A stretch of DNA of 64,000 bases from the NCBI GenBank assembly GCA_022841365.1, contig JALHRP010000004.1, positions 48,106-112,105 on the forward strand, in the 5' to 3' direction. This DNA is from Chitinophagaceae bacterium (GTDB taxonomy: Bacteria; Bacteroidota; Bacteroidia; Chitinophagales; Chitinophagaceae). A model generated the notes under the pieces. It saw only the letters and a program-made list of their open reading frames with translations. It was not told the DNA's origin and searched no databases. Positions within the stretch are counted from its first letter, which is position 1; each line of letters opens with the position of its first letter. A program made the position numbers and the translations under genes. This document shows, piece after piece, positions 17,795-26,186 of the stretch.

Positions 17795-18166
17795 CAGGAG
17801 AAAATACAACCAGGCAAGGCATGCTCCAATTGCATCTGCAAGCATATCCCACACATCAAAATCTCTGTCAACCCACAGTTGAACATACTCCATTAAAATG
17901 CCATAACCACAGGAAATGAATACTGCTCCTGCAAGGGCAATCCTGAATACAGAAACGGGACGATCTTTTGATTGAAGGTAGTACCCCCACAATACAACCT
18001 GAATTCCAAATAAGAGGGCGTGAATAAATTTATCAAGATGTGTTATTTCAAATTGTTTCTCTTTTGCTATGCTGATGGGAGGTATAACCAGCAATAAAAA
18101 AATAATGACCGACCAAATAATGACCGGCCATTTTGTTGCAAAATATGCTTGTAATTGTTTAATCAT
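17750..18166 (-). CDS. VanZ-like family membrane protein
   Basis: 138 aa with four TM helices. A DKFIHALLFG motif is typical of VanZ-like proteins. Its start overlaps the gcvH stop by 1 nt. Confidence 0.7.
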   Translation of the reverse strand: MIKQLQAYFATKWPVIIWSVIIFLLLVIPPISIAKEKQFEITHLDKFIHALLFGIQVVLWGYYLQSKDRPVSVFRIALAGAVFISCGYGILMEYVQLWVDRDFDVWDMLADAIGACLAWLYFLLKKRDPGGNRGRNQN

Positions 18167-18543
18167 TAAGCAACCAAGGCTGCATAAGCTGTGGCATCCA
18201 TCAACGCATCCACATCGGCAGGATTGTTTACAGTTACTTTCACCATCCAGCCCGCACCATATGGATCTGAGTTTACAGATTCAGGCTGATCATTCAATGC
18301 ACTGTTTACTTCCAGTATTGTTCCTGCAACAGGTAAAAACAAATCACTAACAGTTTTTACCGCTTCTACAGTTCCAAATACTTCTTCCGCATTTAACGAT
18401 TTACCAACGGTATTGATATCAACATATACAATATCACCCAACTCTCTTTGGGCAAAGTCTGTAATACCAATAGTTGCCACATTACCTTCCATGCTGATCC
18501 ATTCGTGGTCTTTTGTGTAGCGGAGATTTTCAGGAAAATTCAT
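18166..18543 (-). CDS. gcvH: Glycine cleavage system protein H
   Basis: Lipoyl-lysine motif [11 protein letters not shown] and an N-terminal YTKDHEWI segment. Length is 125 aa. Confidence 0.9.
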   Translation of the reverse strand: MNFPENLRYTKDHEWISMEGNVATIGITDFAQRELGDIVYVDINTVGKSLNAEEVFGTVEAVKTVSDLFLPVAGTILEVNSALNDQPESVNSDPYGAGWMVKVTVNNPADVDALMDATAYAALVA

Positions 18544-18593
18544 GTTCGTTTATTTTATTTATGAGCGCTGCTAAATTGACTGTTTTCTACGAA

Positions 18594-19256
18594 TCAGAAA
18601 AATAAAAATTTCTTTTTCAAACGCATTTTTACAATACGGATATCTTCTTTAGGCCGGTCGTACTGATCTCTTGCTGTTGCAGCAATGAGATCTACCACGT
18701 TCATGCCCTTTACTACATGGCCAAACACGGTGTAATTCTGATCGAGGTGCGGAGCGCCACCTTCTGTTTTATATACTTCACGGTAGTTGAGTGGAATTTT
18801 CCTTCCGCCCAATCGTTTTATTTCAACTTCATTTAAACTGCTGTCCGTAAATTTTTTTCCCTGCACAATATAAAACTGGCAGCTGCTGCTGGCTTTTTCC
18901 GGATTGTCGTTGCGTGCTGCAGCCAGCACGCCTCTTTTGTGGAACAAGGAAGAGTCAAATTCTGCTGGAATTCTGTAGTTCAATCCACCACCACCATATC
19001 GTTTTCCGGGTTCAGATTTTTTGGTATCAGGGTCACCAGCCTGTATCATAAACTCTTTAATAACCCGGTGAAAAAGAACACTGTCGTAAAACTTTTGTTT
19101 AACCAGTTTTATGAAATTGTCACGGTGCTTCGGCGTTTTATCACTCAGTAACACAACAATGGTTCCTTTGTTTGTAACAATTTTTACTTTTCGCTTTTTT
19201 GCATCAGCATGCATCATCAAACAACTCAATACAAACAGTAAAATAATTCTTTTCAT
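18594..19256 (-). CDS. Cyclophilin-type peptidyl-prolyl cis-trans isomerase, secreted
   Basis: Signal peptide. Cyclophilin motifs are present: FHRVIKEFMIQAGDP, CQFYIV and YTVFGHVVKGMNVVD. Confidence 0.9.
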   Translation of the reverse strand: MKRIILLFVLSCLMMHADAKKRKVKIVTNKGTIVVLLSDKTPKHRDNFIKLVKQKFYDSVLFHRVIKEFMIQAGDPDTKKSEPGKRYGGGGLNYRIPAEFDSSLFHKRGVLAAARNDNPEKASSSCQFYIVQGKKFTDSSLNEVEIKRLGGRKIPLNYREVYKTEGGAPHLDQNYTVFGHVVKGMNVVDLIAATARDQYDRPKEDIRIVKMRLKKKFLFF

Positions 19257-19600
19257 TAAAACCCTTTTTGTTCAAAGTAAAGTAAAACATGGTCTTTAAT
19301 AAAATCTTCCTGTTCCTTGGTGGCGAGAGATGGTAAGGCTTTCAGTTGTTTAAAATGAGGCCAGCCGTCATCATCAGTTTTTTCAAATACAAAGTATCCG
19401 CTTTGAGAAAGCAAAGAACAAATGGCCACATGTATGAGATCCTGTTTCTGCTCTTTCGTATATTTTTCACGTAATTGCCCGAACTCCTGAATACCTATCA
19501 GAAATAATACGGCTTCCAGATCGGGTTTTTTACCAAAACGTTCCACCAGTTTATGTTCCAGGTTCATCCAACGTACAAATAAATCACTTGCTGCATCCAT
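19256..19600 (-). CDS. Hypothetical protein (114 aa)
   Basis: A clean ORF. It appears translationally coupled to the PPIase gene through a TAATG overlap. No domain was recognised. Confidence 0.55.
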   Translation of the reverse strand: MDAASDLFVRWMNLEHKLVERFGKKPDLEAVLFLIGIQEFGQLREKYTKEQKQDLIHVAICSLLSQSGYFVFEKTDDDGWPHFKQLKALPSLATKEQEDFIKDHVLLYFEQKGF

Positions 19601-19817
19601 AAGAGCGCAAAGATAAGCCGATAGCCGGTAGTCATCAGCCGTTCGTAAAAAGCAGTCATCGAATCTGCAATTTACTAACGGCCATCCGCTACCGACTTTC
19701 TTCTAAAGTTCGGCCGCATTTTTGCAAAGAGGGAGTTGAATTTTATTCTATCCGTTTATAAAATGATTTCCCCTGATGCCAGCGGGATTGTATTTTCACC
19801 ATCTAAACCTGGAATAC

Positions 19818-20819
19818 ATGTTAAAAACTGCAGAAGACATTAAAATCCTGAATGAAAAAATTCAATATGCAGGTGCTTTCTTAGACAGACTGCGGGATGA
19901 AGTAAGCAAAGTGCTGGTAGGGCAACAACATATGATAGATCGTTTGCTCGTTGGACTTTTAGGCAATGGTCATATTTTGCTTGAAGGTGTACCCGGTCTT
20001 GCAAAAACCCTCGCCATCAAAACACTTTCACAGGCAATTAATGCAAAATTCAGCCGTATACAATTTACACCCGACATGTTGCCGGCCGATGTAATCGGTA
20101 CCATGATCTATAATCAACAGAAGAATGAATTTTTTGTACGTCGTGGACCCATCTTTGCCAATTTTGTTTTGGCCGATGAAATAAACCGTGCCCCCGCCAA
20201 AGTACAGAGTGCATTGCTGGAATCAATGCAGGAGCGGCAGGTAACCATTGGTGAGCACACCTATAAATTAGATGAACCCTTCCTCGTTTTGGCTACTCAA
20301 AATCCATTGGAGCAGGAAGGCACTTATCCGTTACCGGAAGCACAACAGGATCGTTTTATGTTAAAGGTGGTGATTGATTATCCAAAGAAAGAAGAAGAGT
20401 TGCTGATCATTCGTCAAAATACACAGCAGATAGCATCACCAACCATCAACCCGGTTGTTACCATGCGTGAAGTTATGGAAGCAAGAGATCTTGCACGTAC
20501 GATTTACATGGATGATAAAATTGAAAATTATATTCTGGATATTGTTTTTGCCACACGTAAACCGGAACAGTTTGGTTTAGGAAGTTTAAAACCATTGTTG
20601 GCATATGGCGGTTCGCCCAGAGCATCCATTAATATGGCGTTAGCAGCAAAAGCAGTTGCTTTCTTACACAAAAGAGGATATGTGTTACCGGAAGATGTGC
20701 GTATGATTGCAGCCGATGTGTTGCGTCATCGCATTGGGTTAACCTATGAAGCAGAAGCAGAAAATGTTTCAGTAGAAGAAATTATTAAGCAGGTGTTGAA
20801 TGCGGTTAAAGTACCGTAA
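19818..20819 (+). CDS. MoxR-family AAA+ ATPase
   Basis: Walker A (GVPGLAKT), Walker B/sensor region (LADEINRAPAKVQSALLESMQE) and GSPRASI. The start was trimmed to MLKTAEDIK. Confidence 0.9.
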   Translation: MLKTAEDIKILNEKIQYAGAFLDRLRDEVSKVLVGQQHMIDRLLVGLLGNGHILLEGVPGLAKTLAIKTLSQAINAKFSRIQFTPDMLPADVIGTMIYNQQKNEFFVRRGPIFANFVLADEINRAPAKVQSALLESMQERQVTIGEHTYKLDEPFLVLATQNPLEQEGTYPLPEAQQDRFMLKVVIDYPKKEEELLIIRQNTQQIASPTINPVVTMREVMEARDLARTIYMDDKIENYILDIVFATRKPEQFGLGSLKPLLAYGGSPRASINMALAAKAVAFLHKRGYVLPEDVRMIAADVLRHRIGLTYEAEAENVSVEEIIKQVLNAVKVP

Positions 20820-20890
20820 GCCCCCTAACACACTGAAAGGGGAATGAATTTGCATTATTCAACTTAGAACTTTAAAACTCAGAACTCCTT

Positions 20891-21763
20891 TTGTTAACTA
20901 CAGAAGAAATATTAAAAAAAGTTAGAGCACTTGAAATAAAAAGCAAGCGGCTCACCAATCATATGTTCACCGGAGAATATCATTCGGCGTTCAAGGGTCA
21001 GGGTATGAGTTATAAAGAAGTGAGAGAATATCAGCCCGGTGATGATATCCGTTTTATTGACTGGAATGTAAGTGCACGCTATGCACATCCTTACAGCAAA
21101 GTATTTGAAGAAGAAAGAGAGTTAAGTTTATTCTTACTCATTGATAACAGTGCCAGCATCAGTTTTGGTACTCATCTGCAACGCAAAAAAGATCTGGTTA
21201 CAGAACTGTCGGCCATCCTTGCTTTTTCTGCTGTGAACAATAACGATAAAGTAGGTGCTATTCTGTTTGGTGATAAAGTACAGAAGTTTATTGCTCCTAA
21301 AAAAGCCAAACAGCATACGCTTTATATTGTACGTGAAATGCTCACCAATGATGCAAAATCAAAGAAAACAAATTATGCAGATGCATTCCGTATGTTTAAT
21401 AATGTGTGCAGGCGCAGAAGTATATGTTTTATGATCAGTGATTTTTTAGGCACAGGTTACGAAGAGGCATTACGTGTTGCAAGCCGCAAACATGATGTAA
21501 TCGGAATTAAAATTTATGATCAGCTTGATATGAAGCTGCCGGATGCAGGCTTGCTGCAGGTAGCAGATGCAGAAAGCGGAGAACAGCGGTGGATTGACAG
21601 CTCCAGTGCATTGGTTCGCTTTGAATACGAAAAAGATTTTCACAAGCATAACGATTATGTAAAAGATGTGTTTCGACGTGCAGGTGCTGATCTGCTGCAT
21701 ATGCGTGCAGGCGATGATTATGTAAAAGTGTTACAGAAATTTTTTATCAACCGGAGTAAATGA
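20891..21763 (+). CDS. DUF58 domain protein (MoxR partner)
   Basis: It has the DDIRFIDWNVSAR motif and a VWA-like body. The start is non-ATG (TTG) and the stop overlaps the next gene (ATGA). Confidence 0.85.
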   Translation: MLTTEEILKKVRALEIKSKRLTNHMFTGEYHSAFKGQGMSYKEVREYQPGDDIRFIDWNVSARYAHPYSKVFEEERELSLFLLIDNSASISFGTHLQRKKDLVTELSAILAFSAVNNNDKVGAILFGDKVQKFIAPKKAKQHTLYIVREMLTNDAKSKKTNYADAFRMFNNVCRRRSICFMISDFLGTGYEEALRVASRKHDVIGIKIYDQLDMKLPDAGLLQVADAESGEQRWIDSSSALVRFEYEKDFHKHNDYVKDVFRRAGADLLHMRAGDDYVKVLQKFFINRSK

Positions 21764-22656
21764 TCAGACAGGGTATTGTTATATTGATTGGTTTATCAGT
21801 TATATGCATGAATTCCGTTGCACAGATTACACCTGTGATTACATCAGCAAAAGAAAAAGTACTGATCGGTGAACCGCTGAAACTGAAATTAGAACTCAAA
21901 GCAATTGATCGTAATGCAACTGTACAATGGAAAATACCCGACAGTATTCCGCACTTCGAATTTGTAAGCTATGATACCAGTGATTTGTTTAAACGGGAGA
22001 TAACCGTCACCAGTTTTGATAGCGGCTTATGGGTGATTGAAAATATTGCAGTGATTGTTCCTTCTAATGTTAATGATAAACCACAGTTGCTCAGGTTTCC
22101 TCCAAAAGAAATACTGGTAGAGTATGATACAACGGGCAATCAGTTGTTGAATGATGTAAAACCTATTATTGAAGTAAATGCTGCAGAACAATGGATTGGC
22201 TATGCCATTGCTGCCCTGGCTTTACTCAGTTTAATTGTGCTCGTCATCTTATTCAGACGATGGAAGAAGAAACAACAGAAACTCATTACTGAAGAAGATT
22301 CAAAGTATACTGCACTGGAAGAATTTCAACTGGTGATTGAAAAACTGAAACAACAAAGCTGGAGTACGCAGTTGGAACAGAAGCAACATTTTTCTGAGTT
22401 ATCACATGCGGTTAAACGTTATTTTGAACGGCGCCTCCGTGAACCACTCACCAGGTTAACAACAGATGAAACGATGTTGCAGCTGAAACCTTATTTAGTA
22501 AACGACCGTTTAATTGCAATTACACAGGTATTTCGTTTGGGCGATGCGGTGAAGTTTGCAAAATTTACAGCCGATCAACAGGATTGCATTAATGCCGTGC
22601 AGGATATGGAGGTGATTGTAAAAAAATCTGAAACAGAATTACAGGCAAATGATTAA
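21760..22656 (+). CDS. Single-pass membrane protein of the Bat-type operon (periplasmic beta-rich domain + TM + DUF4381-like tail)
   Basis: Signal peptide, one TM helix (WIGYAIAALALLSLIVLVILF) and a C-terminal helical region ending RLGDAVKFAKF. It sits between the DUF58 gene and batA. Confidence 0.65.
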   Translation: MIRQGIVILIGLSVICMNSVAQITPVITSAKEKVLIGEPLKLKLELKAIDRNATVQWKIPDSIPHFEFVSYDTSDLFKREITVTSFDSGLWVIENIAVIVPSNVNDKPQLLRFPPKEILVEYDTTGNQLLNDVKPIIEVNAAEQWIGYAIAALALLSLIVLVILFRRWKKKQQKLITEEDSKYTALEEFQLVIEKLKQQSWSTQLEQKQHFSELSHAVKRYFERRLREPLTRLTTDETMLQLKPYLVNDRLIAITQVFRLGDAVKFAKFTADQQDCINAVQDMEVIVKKSETELQAND

Positions 22657-23653
22657 CGAATGGTATCAACAAATTGTATTTGCTTATCCATATCTTTTAT
22701 GGCTGTTAATACTGTTGCCCTTACTGATTGTGTGGTATCTGTTTAAAAATAAAACAGCCAGCTCTTCCATTACCATTTCAACATTACGGATTTATAAACG
22801 GCACGGCGGATCAAAAACGGTTATTCGTCATCTTCCGTTTGTATTAAGGTTATTGGCAATAGCGTTGTTGATTGTTGCCATTGCCCGTCCGCAAACAAGA
22901 AGTAACGAGGAACGTATAGAAGGAGAGGGCATTGATATTGTTTTATGTATGGATGTAAGCGGCAGTATGCTGGCAGAAGATTTTGCACCCAACCGCATGG
23001 AAGCCATGAAAAAAGTGGCAGCAGATTTTGTTGATGCAAGAAAAACAGACCGTATCGGCTTGGTCATTTTTTCCGGTGAACCATTTACGCAATGTCCCAT
23101 TACAACAGATCATGCTGCACTCAAAAGTCAGATTTATGCTGTAAGAAGCGGTATACTGCAGGATGGTACCGCTATTGGCTCCGGTTTGGCAACAAGCGTT
23201 GAGCGCTTAAAGAAAAGTAAGTCGAAAAGTAAAGTAGTGATTCTTTTAACGGATGGTGAAAACAATGGCGGTTTAATACCTCCCAGCACTGCAAAAGAAA
23301 TTGCCAAAGCATACAATATTAAAGTGTACACCATTGGTATGGGAACAGACGGGTTTGCAACGCTGCCCCAGCAAACCACAGCAGGCGTGGTGCGTACAAA
23401 AGAAAAAGTAAACATTGATGAAAAGCTGTTGCAGGAAATTGCCCGGGAAACCGGCGGCAGTTATTTCCGTGCAAAGGATAATGAAAGTCTGGCAAATGTT
23501 TATGTTGAAATTGATCAACTGGAAAAATCAAAAATAGAAACCAGCAGTTTTGCCCGTTATGCAGAACAGTTTTATCCGTTAGCTATAGCAGCAGTTTTAT
23601 TGTTACTGATTGAAGTGTGGCTGCGGTATAAAGTGTTGAGAAAATTCCCTTAA
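22649..23653 (+). CDS. batA: VWA-domain membrane protein, BatA-like
   Basis: N-terminal TM pair, MIDAS motif (DIVLCMDVSGSM), VILLTDGENN and a C-terminal TM helix. Confidence 0.85.
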   Translation: MINEWYQQIVFAYPYLLWLLILLPLLIVWYLFKNKTASSSITISTLRIYKRHGGSKTVIRHLPFVLRLLAIALLIVAIARPQTRSNEERIEGEGIDIVLCMDVSGSMLAEDFAPNRMEAMKKVAADFVDARKTDRIGLVIFSGEPFTQCPITTDHAALKSQIYAVRSGILQDGTAIGSGLATSVERLKKSKSKSKVVILLTDGENNGGLIPPSTAKEIAKAYNIKVYTIGMGTDGFATLPQQTTAGVVRTKEKVNIDEKLLQEIARETGGSYFRAKDNESLANVYVEIDQLEKSKIETSSFARYAEQFYPLAIAAVLLLLIEVWLRYKVLRKFP

Positions 23654-23713
23654 TAATTAATATTCATACCTTCTTTTGCCTGCGTGGCAATCTATTCCTT
23701 TTCTTTGCAGCGT

Positions 23714-24658
23714 ATGCAGGCACTCATTTATAAATCAACAGGGAACTGGTATGTGGCCAAAACAAATGATGGTGACTTTCTGCGTGCAAGAATAAAAGGT
23801 AAATTCAAGATTGATGGTATTACATCTACCAACCCCATTGCTGTTGGAGATATTGTTGAAGTTGAAATGGAAAATGAGCTGGAGCAAACAGCGATGATTG
23901 TGGAAATTTATGAACGCAGGAATTACATCAACCGAAAATCACCACATCAAAAATATCATCATCATATTGTTGCAGCCAACCTGGATCAAAGTATGTTGTT
24001 TGCCACAATGAAAGAGCCGAGAACATCGCAGGGATTTATTGATCGTTTCCTGATCGCATCAGAAGCCTATCATATACCAAGTGTTATTGTGTTCAATAAA
24101 TCGGATGTGTACCGTAAAAAAGAAATGGATCTGTTTCAGGAATGGAAGGCCATGTACGAAGCGGTAGGCTATAAAGTATTCCTTATCTCCATGGAAAAAA
24201 AAGAAGGCATTGAAGAGGTAAAAGAGTTGTTGAATGGAAAGATCAGTTTAATCAGTGGTCATTCAGGTGTTGGTAAATCAACTTTCATTAATGCAATTAT
24301 GCCTGAGCTGGAATTAAGAACAGAAGAAATAAGCGGCTGGAGCGGAAAGGGAATGCATACCACTACGTTTGCAGAAATGTATGATCTGCCATCCGACTGT
24401 TTTACTGATGGCGGAAAGATCATTGATACACCGGGTGTAAAAGAATTTGGACTGGTTGATATCAGCAAACAGGAACTATCGCATTACTTTCCTGAAATGC
24501 GTGTGTTGATCAACGATTGCCAGTTTAATAATTGTATTCATCTGGAAGAACCCGGCTGTGCTGTAAAAAATGCAGTGGCAAATGAACAGATTCATCCGCT
24601 CAGGTATATCAGCTATTGCGGAATACTTGCAACAATCGAGGAGAAGAAAAATTATTAG
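23714..24658 (+). CDS. rsgA: Ribosome small-subunit-dependent GTPase A
   Basis: N-terminal OB fold, circularly permuted GTPase (NKSD, GHSGVGKST, DTPG) and a zinc knuckle (CQFNNCIHLEEPGCAV). Confidence 0.9.
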   Translation: MQALIYKSTGNWYVAKTNDGDFLRARIKGKFKIDGITSTNPIAVGDIVEVEMENELEQTAMIVEIYERRNYINRKSPHQKYHHHIVAANLDQSMLFATMKEPRTSQGFIDRFLIASEAYHIPSVIVFNKSDVYRKKEMDLFQEWKAMYEAVGYKVFLISMEKKEGIEEVKELLNGKISLISGHSGVGKSTFINAIMPELELRTEEISGWSGKGMHTTTFAEMYDLPSDCFTDGGKIIDTPGVKEFGLVDISKQELSHYFPEMRVLINDCQFNNCIHLEEPGCAVKNAVANEQIHPLRYISYCGILATIEEKKNY

Positions 24659-24777
24659 CGCTTCGCTTATTCAATGAATATAATCCCAATCAAACTTCAA
24701 CGTAATTGACAATTGCAGAAAACAGCAAAATTGTTGATGTGTTAGAATCAAGTGTGTGGATATATTCTAAAGCACCG

Positions 24778-24814
24778 TCCCTTCTCTACGGGAGAAGGGA
24801 ATGAGGGATGAGGC
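24778..24814 (+). repeat. Hairpin with duplicated G-rich 3' arm (element B)
   Basis: TCCCTTCTC-tacgg-GAGAAGGGA-at-GAGGGATGAGG lies 3 nt from the stop of the minus-strand 104-aa gene. Confidence 0.5.
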
Positions 24815-24816
24815 TA

Positions 24817-25131
24817 TTATGCTTCAGAAGGATCCGCATCTTTCAATGCATCCACCAGTTCTGCAATGGCTGCATTTTCAAAATGTTCACTTTTTTCTTC
24901 CAGCGATGGAAAAACAGAGATGCCGTTGAAAATATTAAAGCTTAACGTAAGGGCCGTTCCTTTGTACAGAAAGTCCCAGTACAATGCTTCAAAATCATCC
25001 AGCTTTTTAGTGAAAGAAATCTTCAGCTTGTCGGCCAGTAAATCGGCCCAACGGTGAAATTTTTCATAACTGGCATCATCATCAAGGATGGCCTCGTTAT
25101 ATCCTACATGGTTTCGTAATGTGGGATTCAT
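24817..25131 (-). CDS. Acidic hypothetical protein (104 aa)
   Basis: A clean ORF with no recognised domain. Confidence 0.55.
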   Translation of the reverse strand: MNPTLRNHVGYNEAILDDDASYEKFHRWADLLADKLKISFTKKLDDFEALYWDFLYKGTALTLSFNIFNGISVFPSLEEKSEHFENAAIAELVDALKDADPSEA

Positions 25132-25177
25132 AGTGGTTATTTTTTGGTGTTATTAATCAGGGATCAGACCCCTGTAT

Positions 25178-25351
25178 TTAGCTGTTAAATCGTTTTGCTC
25201 TTTTTACTTTCTCGCCACTTAATATTTTTTCTGCACCCACATTTTTACCGTTGGTAGGACAACCCTCTTTTGGTGTACGTTTAAAGACGTTACAACTTGT
25301 CATAAAAGACACCAGAACAAGGACGAGTGCTGCTTTAGTTATTTTTTTCAT
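25178..25351 (-). CDS. Small basic lipoprotein, 57 aa (below the ORF-track cutoff)
   Basis: Hand translation gives MKKITKAALVLVLVSFMTSCNVFKRTPKEGCPTNGKNVGAEKILSGEKVKRAKRFNS. It has a classic signal peptide plus lipobox (MTSC). Confidence 0.5.
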   Translation of the reverse strand: MKKITKAALVLVLVSFMTSCNVFKRTPKEGCPTNGKNVGAEKILSGEKVKRAKRFNS

Positions 25352-25399
25352 TGTGTAGTTGGTTTATACATTTAGATATAAGACAATCATTATACCGTT

Positions 25400-25933
25400 T
25401 TACTCCTTTTCTGTTAATACATCTTTAAACCAGCCGGAATATTTGGTATAGTTATTTGCAATTCGGTTAATTTCTCCTTGAATCAGCTCCTGGCTGATGT
25501 CTTTTACTTTTTTGGCGGGCACCCCTGCATAAATACTTCCAGCTTCTACTACTGTGCCTTCCAGTACAACTGCTCCTGCTGCAATAATAGAGTTGCTGTT
25601 GATCACTGCATTATCCATCACAATAGCTCCCATGCCAATCAGCACATTATCATGTACTGTACAACCGTGAACAATGGCGTTGTGGCCAATACTTACATTG
25701 TTACCAACGATGGTTTTTGTTTTTTGGTATGTAGCGTGGAGTACAGCCCCGTCCTGGATATTCACTTTATTTCCCAGCCGTATGCTGTTTACATCGCCCC
25801 GAACAACCGCATTAAACCACACACTGCATTGGTTACCCATTACAACATCACCCACAATGGTGGCATTGGGTGCAATGAAACAATCTTCACCAAATTCAGG
25901 AGAAATTCCCTCAACGGGAAGGATAATGGGCAT
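25400..25933 (-). CDS. Gamma-carbonic-anhydrase-like left-handed beta-helix (hexapeptide repeat) protein
   Basis: The start MPIILPVEGISPEFGEDCFIAPNATIVGDV is typical of this family. Hexapeptide repeats run throughout. The upstream 20-codon extension was rejected. Confidence 0.85.
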   Translation of the reverse strand: MPIILPVEGISPEFGEDCFIAPNATIVGDVVMGNQCSVWFNAVVRGDVNSIRLGNKVNIQDGAVLHATYQKTKTIVGNNVSIGHNAIVHGCTVHDNVLIGMGAIVMDNAVINSNSIIAAGAVVLEGTVVEAGSIYAGVPAKKVKDISQELIQGEINRIANNYTKYSGWFKDVLTEKE

Positions 25934-26186
25934 ACGGAGCGGAGCTTTAATGAACCATAAAGTTCGCAAAGTTTTTTGACTGCTCATAATCATTTGCAGG
26001 TTTTCTTTTAAATCACTCCGTCAAAAGCCTCTCAGCTGCAAACTCCACTGTTTATGTTCTGTTTCAAAGAGCATTGTACCTGCATATACGTTACAAAGGA
26101 CTTCCTGGTTCTCCGGCTAAACCAAACCGTTAACAGGGTGAGTAATGTTGCAGCATATTTGCGACATTTGCATCCATTCAAACCAC

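Noticed and set aside
17667-17852. 61-aa minus-strand ORF (and the 70-aa plus-strand ORF 17684-17896) crossing the sRNA-like unit 2
   Set aside because: They read through the terminator hairpin and the end of the VanZ-like gene in another frame. They are Cys/Arg-rich with no signal of coding.
20850-20885. Imperfect direct repeat CTTAGAACT / CTCAGAACT between moxR and the DUF58 gene
   Set aside because: It is short, AT-rich and occurs once. Nothing distinguishes it from chance.
25478-25960. 160-aa and 101-aa plus-strand ORFs antisense to the gamma-carbonic-anhydrase-like gene
   Set aside because: These are shadow ORFs of a repetitive hexapeptide-repeat gene. They are Cys/His/Asn-rich nonsense and lie fully inside a recognised CDS.
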